Translations under genes and position numbers: made by a program
Notes under the pieces: generated by a model
What the model saw: the letters and a program-made list of their open reading frames with translations, nothing else
Database searches by the model: none
What the model was told of the DNA's origin: nothing
Assembly: GCA_038496445.1 (NCBI GenBank)
Contig: JALMLS010000216.1
Location: 594,144-658,143 of the forward strand
Origin: Trichosphaerium sp. ATCC 40318
Taxonomy: Eukaryota; Protista; Tubulinea
Reading direction: 5' to 3'
DNA length: 64,000 nt
Part shown: one piece after another, positions 22,659-33,460 of the stretch
How positions within the stretch are numbered: the first letter of the stretch is position 1
How the letters are laid out: each line of letters opens with the position of its first letter

Positions 22659-24641
22659 ATGCTCAGCCGCTTGTCCACTAATTATGCTGTAAGACGCACT
22701 CGTCGTGCTAAAGGTACTTGTTGACGCTGTAGAACAGTAATTTAATCTTTTTATTGGCAGTTGTACTTGTAAATTTGGCTTACACTTTCTAGTTCAGCGC
22801 CGTTCTTATGCTCAGAAGCATAACAACCAAAAAGTAGTAGCTGTACTCTATAAGGGCGGTTCAGCAGCTCAAGAACAACCGAAATTACTAGCAGCTGCCG
22901 AAAATGAGCTAGGCCTTCGTCCATTCTTAGAGGGCCGTGGGCACTCCCTAAAGACGATGACTGATAAAGGTACTAAACATACATGAATACAAAAAATTAA
23001 AATTCTGTAAACTGGGCCTGGTTTTACATGAGAGCCACACAAGTTTTCGGATTGCGAAGACGACATTTCAAAAACTTTTTGTGAATATCACGTGACACTT
23101 TTTTTGTTGGTTTAACGTTCCTCTTGTTAAATTATATCTACTTATGTGATTAGGAGCTGCTCTTGATGCGGAGCTACCTGATACTGATATCCTTATTACA
23201 ACTCCATTTCATCCTGCTTATGTAACGGCAGAGCGTATAGCATCAGCCAAGAATCTTAAGCTAGTCGTAACAGCCGGTGTACGTGTTCACATTCTTTTAT
23301 TTTTTTTTTTGGTTATTTACGGCGTATCTTGTTTACCATACTTGGTATAGTATCTAAACCATCAAACTTGCTGTGTTGACCTTTTCGCTCGCTTTAGACA
23401 ACTTTAGCTGCTCGAACTGAGCGCTTTTGTTACAACTCGAAATAAATCCATGAATGTGTTCTTATGTTGCGGTAGGTTGGCTCTGATCACGTAGATCTCG
23501 ATGCAGCTTGTAAAGCTAATGTTACAGTCGCTGAGGTAACAGTTTAAATTTATGCTACTGTAGTTTAACGCTAAAGATTTTTTTAGGTTACTGGGTGTAA
23601 CGTTGTAAGTGTTGCTGAACACGTTGTAATGCAAATATTGGCGTTAGTCCGCAATTATATTCCTGCCTACAAGCAAGTGATAAACGGTGAATGGGATGTT
23701 GCTCAGATTGCTAAGAATGCTTACGATCTTGAAGGAAAAGTAGTTGGCACTGTTGGTACGTTGTGTTCTTTTTGGTTTTTTTCCTCTTTTTTTTTTTGCA
23801 ATGAACTTATTTTATCTAGGTGCTGGTCGTATTGGATTGCGTGTTTTGGAAAGATTGAAGCCATTTGATGTAAAGTTATTGTATAGTGACTACCAAAAAC
23901 TACCTGCTGATGTAGAGGTACATAAAGAGAAAACTTTTTTGGTTTTTGTAGTGTTCGTTTGACTAAAGAGTACTTACTGTTTTAGGCGAGCGTTGGCGCA
24001 GAATATCGTGATCTGAAACAAATGCTCTCTGAGTGTGATGTTGTTACTATTAACTGCCCGCTTACTACCGAAACTGACGAGTTTTATGATAAGAACCTTT
24101 TACAGCATATGAAAAAAGGTAAGACTTCAAATTATTATTGCAATTCTGTTGTGTTAACACTGTGTTTAAGGTGCTTGGCTTGTTAATACTGCTCGTGGAA
24201 AGATAATAAAACGCGACGATCTAGTAGAGGCGGTAAATAGTGGGCACCTTGCTGGATATGCAGGTAATGATTGCTGCTTTGCTGATTTTCCTTCTTTCGT
24301 CTATTGCGTTTTTATTGAATTTCACCTTTAGGTGACGTTTGGTACCCTCAACCGGCACCTGCTGATCATCCTTGGCGTCAAATGCCAAATCATGCTCTTA
24401 CACCTCATTATTCTGGTACTACTTTGGATGCGCAAGCGAGGTAAATTCGAAAAGACTAGTGTCTTTTTTTTTTTTTCCTTTTGCTGTTGTACTTATATGT
24501 TTTTTTCTTTCTTTTAGATATGCAGCTGGTTCAGAGGACATTATCAAAAATTTCTTAGATGATACCCCTATTAAACCGGAAGATCTTATTGTACAAGGTG
24601 GAGAGATTGTTTCTCCTTCGTACAACCGTTCTAAGGTGTAG
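22659..24641 (+). CDS. FDH: NAD-dependent formate dehydrogenase, likely mitochondrial, spliced
   Basis: [56 protein letters not shown] and [18 protein letters not shown]. The N-terminus [18 protein letters not shown] is Arg-rich and acid-free. Confidence 0.95.
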
Positions 24642-25075
24642 ATAAAGAGCACTTAACAAAACAAACTACTGATTTTTGAAGACCATTTTAATATCAAAAT
24701 ACAAATTATTCATTTATAAATAAATACTTAATAAATAACGAGAAAAATCGTTGTTATGTGCTTGCGTTATTGTTGAACAAGCCACAAGATCTTTGTTCGA
24801 CTTTGTGCATCCTAAATAAATCTCATGAATGCTGTGATTTCCTCCCTGAGTTAATGTAAGGATTCCTGCGCATCTGTATTACTCAAACTTAGCAACTAAG
24901 TCAATGTCTCTGGTGGCAACCTGAGCTAATATGGTCTGTTGTTTTACTATGTTTCAGTGCCACGGTTTTTGTGTGGTGTCTAACGTTGACTGGCGTTTAC
25001 TACGTTTTGCGTAATTGATTCCAAAACATCAACAAGCCTTGTCACGTGCAGGTTACCACTCAAATTATTTTTTCT

Positions 25076-25930
25076 ATGCTTGGTAGTGGTCCTTATAAGA
25101 TAAAACCCTTATATTTACAGGATTTCTTCCCATCGGAGATATTAACGCATATTTTACGCTATTTAAACAGAAAACAGCGTATCAACGCCACGTCAGTTTC
25201 TCACGTGTTTAATGACATACTTCGGCGCAATATTGGGTTTGAAGTGATTAAAGTAAGAGAAGCTTTTGAGTATGATGATTGTCACTTTCTTGAAGGCAGT
25301 CCACTTCTGAAAAATACAAGAATTGATTGTTCTTGTATTGAGATGTATGATAGCAACATGGCTTGCCTTGCTGGTGTCCACACTATAGACCTTACTTTTA
25401 CAAAGGTTACAGATTCAGGCATCCTCTCATTATTACAAGAAGGAAGACACACCATTCATGATATTGGCTTGACACTCACAGACATAACAGATGTTTCATT
25501 GAAGGCACTAAAAGGTGTTCATACAATAAATGTTTATGGGTGTTCAAAGATATCTGTTGAAGGAATAAAGGCACTGAGGGATGTACACGAAATTATTATT
25601 GGTGGTCTTTCACCGAAAAATGAATGGCTTGAGCATCTTTGTAATGTTCATTCAGTCCGTATTGTTAGTGGTAGGTCACTCACAGATGATGGATTCAAGT
25701 CATTAACTAATGTAAAACGACTGCGCGCTTGTGAAAATCTAACTGATGCGGGTTTGAGGAGCTTGGTCAACCTTGAATATCTTGAACTCTGGAACAACAA
25801 CAAAGTTACAAATTCATGTTTGAAACACTTGACCTCTCTCAAACATATTAAAACTGGAAAGACCTTGCTTACAAAAGAAGCAGCTGATGCTTTGGGTATA
25901 CGTTTCGTTCTGGTAAAGGACCTACAGTAA
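25076..25930 (+). CDS. F-box and leucine-rich repeat protein, intronless
   Basis: F-box-like FPSEILTHILRYL..KQRINATSVS, followed by LRRs (GVHTIDLTFTKVTDSGI). First ATG at 25076. Confidence 0.85.
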   Translation: MLGSGPYKIKPLYLQDFFPSEILTHILRYLNRKQRINATSVSHVFNDILRRNIGFEVIKVREAFEYDDCHFLEGSPLLKNTRIDCSCIEMYDSNMACLAGVHTIDLTFTKVTDSGILSLLQEGRHTIHDIGLTLTDITDVSLKALKGVHTINVYGCSKISVEGIKALRDVHEIIIGGLSPKNEWLEHLCNVHSVRIVSGRSLTDDGFKSLTNVKRLRACENLTDAGLRSLVNLEYLELWNNNKVTNSCLKHLTSLKHIKTGKTLLTKEAADALGIRFVLVKDLQ

Positions 25931-26936
25931 ACACTAATAATATTGTCTGTCTCATTCAAGTTTTATTAATATTTTCAAGAAAGTGAGTTTCTAACACTGT
26001 TTGCAGCTAGCAAGAATTGACACTTCTGCCAAATAGTGTAGATATATGACAATGCTGTCCTTCATAATATGGCTAACGTACCTTAAGTAATAGCAAACTT
26101 TTCAATGTCAGTTTCGATAGCCCAGGGCAAGATGGCACTGTATTTACATACACGCCAAGCACGGTATGATCAAACATTAGTCTTCAATGAGCTAAAAACG
26201 CATTAATATGGTTCGATGGCCCACAAAGCCATCACATTACAGCTGAATGTGGTATGAATGCCTCAAACACTGTTTGGGGTATGTTTACTTCTAAAAATTT
26301 AACGTACGTGTATAACTAACTAGCGCTGACACTGGCGCCTACCCCACGCTAACAGAAGCACTCGCGCAACGTTCAAACAGAAACCAGGGATAATAACGTG
26401 AAAAACTCCCCAAAACACTATCAACGCTGCTGTAGGCTTTGTGAACGCCGCCAGGTGCCAATTTATATGTAAATAAAAAATTGCATTGTCAGTTTGTTAA
26501 ATCACGTGGTTGACAACTTGGATTTGCAAAAAAATTGCCATGACAGTGAGTGCATCATGAAAAATTGAGATTGTAGGTTCTGTCAGAAGCGTCAGATCCG
26601 TCAGATCGGGCAGAAACTGGATTTTATGAAAGTCAGTTGCTGAAATACCCAATAAAGACCCAATAATGAAGAAACGTCCTAAAAGTTCATAAATGCGTAA
26701 TCTTTATTCCAATTTAGATGTTTGGTAATACTTTTCTTCCATAAACCCGAAAATCTTTTTCAAAATTAGGTATTTTCCACTTTGTTATTTTTATTTAAAA
26801 TACATCATACACGAGTGGCAATGTATAATACTAACAGTACGTAGATGAATTAAACTACAATAGCAACCATCCATTTGTAGGGAGTTTTTGTGTTATTTAT
26901 AATTTTTTGTTTGCTAAGCTTTTGAGAGATCATAAT

Positions 26937-28708
26937 ATGCGCGTGTGAGCTTATTTAGCTAATAATTATTAGGACGCCGTAATTATTGCGTACTTGCAAT
27001 AGTAATTGTGTTTACGCTCCTTTGCGTCCAGAAAGTACACGCAGGGGTTGAGTGCCACGATAAAACACTTTGTCAAACTTTTGATTCATGTTCTAAATCA
27101 GACGCGATGAAACGTGCTGGACATGTTTGCAGTGGGTTTCCCTACTACAATGGTGGCGCTCCGCTTCGCCCATTTCGTTATGACGACGAAAACGAGCAAT
27201 ACACATGTTTGAGCACTAATGGCTCTGCTTGTATTCTATGGAACACAAGAGAGACCTCACCAGACGAATTCGAAGTCGGTCTGGGTAACTGTACAAATTT
27301 TAACTCTAGAGGGTACTGCGAGAACTGGAGAGTAGACCAACAAGAGGTTACAAACTGTAAACGGGGTGAACGCGCAACTGGGACGACAACATTGATCAGT
27401 GCGTTTTTTTTAAAACAAAGTTGTTTTTTTGTTCGTTTTCTAAACTTGCCTAAGCCGGCGAAACAACAAGACAAGAGTGCTGTTCTACATCTTGTGATGA
27501 CTATGGGTGTATTACGATTTGTTTATCAAGGATTGAAAGAGAGTTCGCTATTTGTGAATGTAGAAAAACGCAAGATGTTACTGCAACGACTAGCGTTTGC
27601 ATAGAATGGTACGTTTCCCTATTTGGATTTTTTTTACACAAACTTTTTTTTCTTTCGCCGTTTTGGCTTAAAAACAACCTCACCACAGCCACATAAATAT
27701 ATAGCGTATTTTAGTGCTTATCTTGTCAAATACCGAACTTCTGAGCCACAAATAGTGTTTTCTTAGATTTTACAATTTGTTTTTATTATTTTGACGTTTG
27801 TGAAGGTATTGTCAAGAGACTGGCCTTGGTATTAACAGTGCAACAGAGGACGAGAATTATGTATGCCTTGAAGTAGCACCAGGTGGTTATTGTAGCAAAT
27901 GGGAGGGTAATATTGATTCATACGAAGAATTTGAAATTGCTACATGTTCTTGCGCTTCTGGAAGCTCTGGAAGCTCCTGTAGTTCCTGGAGCTGTTTCGA
28001 AAGAGGTGTTCATTACCAGAGACCAAATCTAGGGTGGATTGCCTATGGATTGCTTGTTGGACCAACTGTTCTTTGGACTTGTTATCTTCTACTCTTTGCG
28101 TATCTTGGAAGTTCCACAAATATTTACCTTGGTCTTGCCGTCCATTCTTGTATTATCATTATAATGGTGTTTACTGTATACTACGTCACTGTGATGTTCT
28201 CTGGTTTTATAGGATTTCTTGCTGCCTGTACGTGTACTTCTTTCTTCGATATTTTTTTTTGACATCATTTCAAAAAACCATACCTCGTCGTTGCTGTTAC
28301 TTATTCTATTTTTCTCCTTTAGGTATTCCTGTTATGATAATACACATTATTACTGATGTAATCCTATCATTTTACGGTCTTAATACAATGGGTCGTGTCG
28401 CATATACTGCCTGGGACGGGCTCTCTGGTGTTTTCAAAGGGTTTTCAATGCCAAAAAAAACTAAACCAAGTCCTAGTGCGCCTGCAGGTAAGCCATTGAA
28501 AAAGATCGAACGAGATGTGAGCGAATCGTCAACAGACAGTTCTACCCATGAAGCAAGCTCAATTGGAGATTCGGATTCCTTTACCGACGAGTCTTACGAT
28601 GTAAATGAAGAGCAAGAACTTGCTAAGAAGAATGGAAATGAACAAGCATTGGCAATGGCAAATGAAAATGAAGAGCCTGGAATTGATGCCGACAGTCCTT
28701 ATGCTTAA
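26937..28708 (+). CDS. Membrane protein with Cys-rich ectodomain, several TM helices and an acidic cytoplasmic tail, spliced
   Basis: Signal-like VLAIVIVFTLLCVQKVHA. Repeated 'C..W...E.S..EFE...C.C' units. Hydrophobic segments at ~28030-28400 and an acidic/Ser-rich C-terminus. The start is approximate. Confidence 0.65.
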
Positions 28709-29169
28709 ACAGAAGTTGAAGGCCTTCTATTTACCATCCATAACAACAAAACTGTAGAGGGACAAAGGGAAGGGAATATTCCTGTAATCCTTGCATCTAA
28801 AAACCCGTAGATTGTAAATTAAACAAAAAAACAGACAAACAAGTTTGATTGTTTTTACAAGTATACTTGCTTTTTTTTTTGGCTTGAAAAGCGAACACGT
28901 TCAATAGTGTCGCAAGAACAAAGAACGAAGTGATAGTGCGCTGTGATAAGGACTATTTACTAAGTACCTCTCGAAATTTTTTTGGAAGTAAGGCATACCA
29001 TCCTGTTTTTGCTTTTCTTACAAAGCAATTCGAATTGCACCTCCTTTTATGTGCGCGGCGTCTAATAAGCGTTCTGCATCTACATGAAGGGCTGTTCAGA
29101 TGTATACAGGTTCTTGAATGAGACAGACAATGTTTGCACTACATTTCGCGCAAAGTAGTGCTAACCTAA

Positions 29170-31400
29170 TATCACGTGATTTGAAGTTTAGACTGAATTT
29201 TCTCTGGACAAAGTGGAAATAACTAAACTCATATCTTCTACTATTATTTGACAGTAAATTCCTTTACAGGGTTACTGATGCTGTTAAACAACAGTTAATT
29301 TTCCTACAATTTTTGACACAAACCCAGTTCAGCTAACGCCAGGTTTGGTTTCAAAGAACGTGGTTAGGAAACTGTGAGCGCGTAGGGTATTGCCTTTTAA
29401 TTTAATAGCATCGTACAATGAGCAACAAAGCTCATAATAAGGGCGTAAAAGTAACTACAACACCGAAACCAGGCACCAGAAAAAAGTCAAACAAACAATC
29501 AAAGACTTTGGTATTTTGGAAATTTGGAGTACCCAGCACCGTAAATTGATAATTAATCTTGTATACGTTATGATCTTGACATTGATTTTATCAAATAATG
29601 AAAGAATTTTGAACAGCTGGGAAGAAAAGACTGAGTGTATGTACAATACCACAGCAACGTATGTGTGAATTAATTTGAAAGTACTCTTACATATCTCTAG
29701 TGAGATCATGGAGGCTCTAGATAGCCTCAACTCAAGAATGACAACGAGACTAGTGCATATACAAACATTGGACTTCAAAGATATAGCATATGAGATTGAA
29801 GATGGACTTGGTACTCTTTCGTTTTAACCCCTGCTGTTATAACAAGTGTACTATCTTACAATTATGATTAGGTGGCTTCTTCGAAGTATATCGAGAGGCT
29901 TCAGCCCCGGTCCGCGGGTTGTTTGATCTTGACAACTTTTTCGAGAATCTGCTACAAACTGATAGCACTGGGTCTGTCCAGCGGTTCCAGGGTATATCAG
30001 TTGACATTTCAGAAATGAAAAGAGTACGACCTGTTAGAATTTTATCAAAACTCATGCCGATAAACACGTGATTTGCTGTTAACAGTCTATTTATAGGTTC
30101 TAGACAAATTGCGTGAAAGATTTCTACAGCTTCGTACTCTTATTTCTACCTTAAGACGATTCCAGATAGGTAAATAGCAGAACCTCTTCAACTTCTGTTT
30201 GCTTAGATAATAATAGGCGCAGTTATATTGTCTTGGTTGAGGCTTTCATATGCAAACGTGAAGTTTGTTTATGGTAAAAAAAAGAGAAAAATAAAATCAA
30301 GATCTCCATTTAAAGTCAGCTAGTAAGTACTCCGCATTGTTTAACGTAGCATTGATTAACGATATCTACTAGTCTTGGTATCCGTAGATTTGCCAAAAAG
30401 GGAATATTCTCTCTGGGATACATTCTTTTTATTATAGCTGCACTTGTTCTTGCTGTTGAGTTCTACAACTTTAACAGAGCAATTTTAGCATCTTCAGGTA
30501 CATAGACAACGGAACAGTTCCAATTTAAACACAATTAACACTATTATAGGAGGAACTATAACGTATTCAGCTGGGGTTACTTCAAATGTCACAATAGACT
30601 CTAAAGAGCTTCCAGGCTTGTGGACAAAACTGTTACAAATTACAGAACCATTTGGCGTTAGTGGTAACATGACATTCAACAACTGTCATACAGGTATCTC
30701 TTTCTGTTCTAACTTAGTAGTTTGTATTTATAACACTTCTTGCAATAGACCCTGGACCATTTCTTTGGACAGACGAGACTTTGATGTGGGTTAACTTTGG
30801 CATGATGATATTCTTACTCGGAGTATACAGCTTGTTGCCAACGATTGCTCTTTGGATTAAACCTCTAAAGAGAGCAATCTTTCAATTCAATCAAGTGTTT
30901 TGGGTAAGAGATAAGAACACGTGGTTAGCCAATGGATATGTCAATTCGTGTTGTAAACCAGATACAGAGCTTGACACTGAGATGTAAGTATTTGTCTTTC
31001 TCATAACTGATAGCCTTTTGCAATTAAAAACAAAACACTTCGCAAATACCTACTTAAATTCTAATTTTTCTTTCGTAAAGGATGGACCACATTGCAACAA
31101 CGTGCTTTAAACAAATGCGTAAAGGGTCAAGGCATAACAACCCAGCTCGTGAAGTTGCGTATTTGTACGATATTAGAGATAAATTAGCAGAAATGTGTCA
31201 GAGAAGAAGAGACGAACTACAAGGAGAAATTAACACAGTGGAAATGACATGATAGTGTATTAATAAAAAACAATAGTAGCAAGTCTAAACAAAGAAACCT
31301 ACCTTTACAACAATAAGGCTTACGGTTAAAGGTGAAAAGAAGAGGGTTGAGTTGCGAAAGAGATAGATTTTGTGGCAGATTTTGCAATGCCATTGCTTGG
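29170..31400 (+). repeat. Inverted segmental duplication, arm 1 (partner ~52160-54472)
   Basis: Long near-identical blocks including introns and upstream elements (ATCACGTGAT, CAGTTCAGCTAACGCC) match the reverse complement of arm 2. Confidence 0.9.
29418..31252 (+). pseudogene. Paralog (copy 1) of the multi-pass membrane protein at 52291-54223; frameshifted by a 73-nt deletion
   Basis: Colinear with the reverse complement of copy 2. At 29540 it lacks the segment coding VKDAARSLGTLLLSGLIDTTHKKL plus 1 nt, giving ACC GTA AAT TGA (stop 29547-29549). Confidence 0.65.
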
Positions 31401-31539
31401 CGTGTAAGTTAACAGTAAAAGGTTAACCCAAGCTAATTTCAAGTATAACTACTGCTACGCCAGCTACACAGTGCATTCGCCCAGTTAACTCTTTTTGCTT
31501 GCATTTGATTTATGAAAACGTGAAAGAATATCGTTGATC

Positions 31540-31680
31540 ACGAGATGGTCTCATCAAACAGGGACCAAGGTCATCGACTGTGAGTATCTTTGCAAGCGGT
31601 ACCAATGCTGGTAAATGGAGATACGACATGTGTGAAAAAGAAGGTGTCGCAGGCAGTTGTTTGTAACGCTCTTGAAACAA
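31540..31680 (+). pseudogene. Decayed fragment of the C-type lectin gene at 49320-51223
   Basis: gtgagtatctttgcaagcggtaccaatgctggtaaatggagatacgacat matches the lectin repeat (VSIFASGTDAGKWRYD). It carries indels and has no flanking exons. Confidence 0.8.
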
Positions 31681-31792
31681 ATACGTCTCAAAACAACTCA
31701 TTTGCTCTAAACTCAAACTTAATTTTACTACATCTCGCTATCTTAACCTCTTTTATTAATTTACTATCATTGATAGACAACAAACATATTTA

Positions 31793-32978
31793 CTAGTCTA
31801 TCAATGGTGGATCAGACATCTTTCCGTTTTCTTTATAGCACTTAAGTTTAATCTGACCATTCTCATACCACTCAGTATAAGAACCTGATTCTTTACCATT
31901 CTTCCAATGTGTAACAAACTGTATTTGTCCATTTGTAAAATACCCTTTCCATTCACCATGATTAACTCCCTCTATCATATATCCATGATACTTTAACTCA
32001 CCAGTCGGATACCACATGAATAACTCACCATCACACTTATCATTCTTTCTAGCATGCTTTCTTTGAATTTGACCATTCTCATAAAAATCCCTATAAGGTC
32101 CTTCAGACATACCTTCCTTAAACGTACTATGTTGCCTTAAATTACCATTAGGATGCCAGTCCATATACTCACCATGTTTTTTACCATGTTTAAAATAACA
32201 ACGGATATTAAGAGTTCCATCATCATACCATTCTTTGACTTCTCCATGTTGCTTTCCTTCTTTAAAATTACTCACAAAATGCAAGTTACCATTCTTAAAC
32301 CAACCATGCCATTGGCCTACTTGCTTACCACCCTCCATATAACCAATATACTGATACTGACCATTATCATACCACATTTTAACCTCACCTGATGCTAGGT
32401 CATCAACACGTTTATGCAAACGTTGCAATTGACCATTTTCATGAAAATCCTTATACCATCCATAAGTTTTACTATTTTTCATAAAACAATGCTGTTTCAT
32501 GTTCCCATTATCATACCACTCTTTATACTCTCCTTCAACTAACCCCTCACTAAAAAAGCAATGAACCCATTTAACTCCACTATCAAACCACTTGTGACTC
32601 TCTCCACATAAGCAATTGTTAACCATGAACCCCTCAGTGCGAAGTACGCCGTTTTTATAGTACTCCTTGTACTCCCCATCGAACTTTCCGTACTTCTTTG
32701 TAGACTCGATTTTTATCTTGCCGTTGTCGTAATACTCTTTGTAAGGACCGTGGAACCTTCCGTATCTCCTGTTGCACTCAACAGAGATGTTCCCGTTCTT
32801 GTGGTACCTTTTTACTGGTCCTGAAAGAGGACGTTAGTAAATGTTAGTTTAAGGAGTTCGTACCGTTTAATAGTAGCTTACGTATCGATATTAAGCCATA
32901 AATAGGCCAAAATACGACGTTTAGGGTGTTTGTAAGTGTTTTACGTAAAAAATTATAGACACTTAAAAAGATTGACAT
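31793..32978 (-). CDS. MORN-variant (MORN_2 / YwqK-like) repeat protein, one intron (~32821-32863)
   Basis: About 14 repeats of ~24 aa 'G.YKEWY.NG.L.....K.G..'. The frame extends upstream of the ORF-track start and joins a short hydrophobic first exon MSIFLSVYNFLRK. Confidence 0.85.
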
Positions 32979-33460
32979 GACGCCTCTAAATCAGTGTCAA
33001 AAGGGGTTTTGAGTGTAAAACCGCTATTTAGTGCTAAAATGCCAAATAAATTAAACGGCCGATGAAATATACGCGCTCGTACCAAAATATAACTCCTACG
33101 AGCGTTAAATGTGTTTTAGCTCCAAAGAGTTTAACCTTCTCCTTTTTGCAAACAAAAGCTACCGAATATCGTAGAATATCTTAATAGCCGCGTTGAGGCG
33201 TGAGTTTAGCAAGGTGGACAAATGTCATTTTCGTCAAGAAAAGTAGTCTCCTAATAGTTTTCCTTCCTCCATCGTAGCGACCACTAAGGGCGTCCGAAAC
33301 TGCAATTGATATGAAAACACTTTTGTAGCCATTGTTATTGTCCATTAGAAGTCAGTTTTAAGACGAGAAAACTTGTATTTATGGACAAAAGGTCTTTTCC
33401 TTTACTTTTTTTTTTGTAATGTACAAGGTATTTATAAAACAGTGTTAATTCCGAAGCATC

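Noticed and set aside
26580-26620. Short GTCAGA(T/A) tandem motif (similar words near 11260-11290)
   Set aside because: Only three to four imperfect copies, too short to support a feature.
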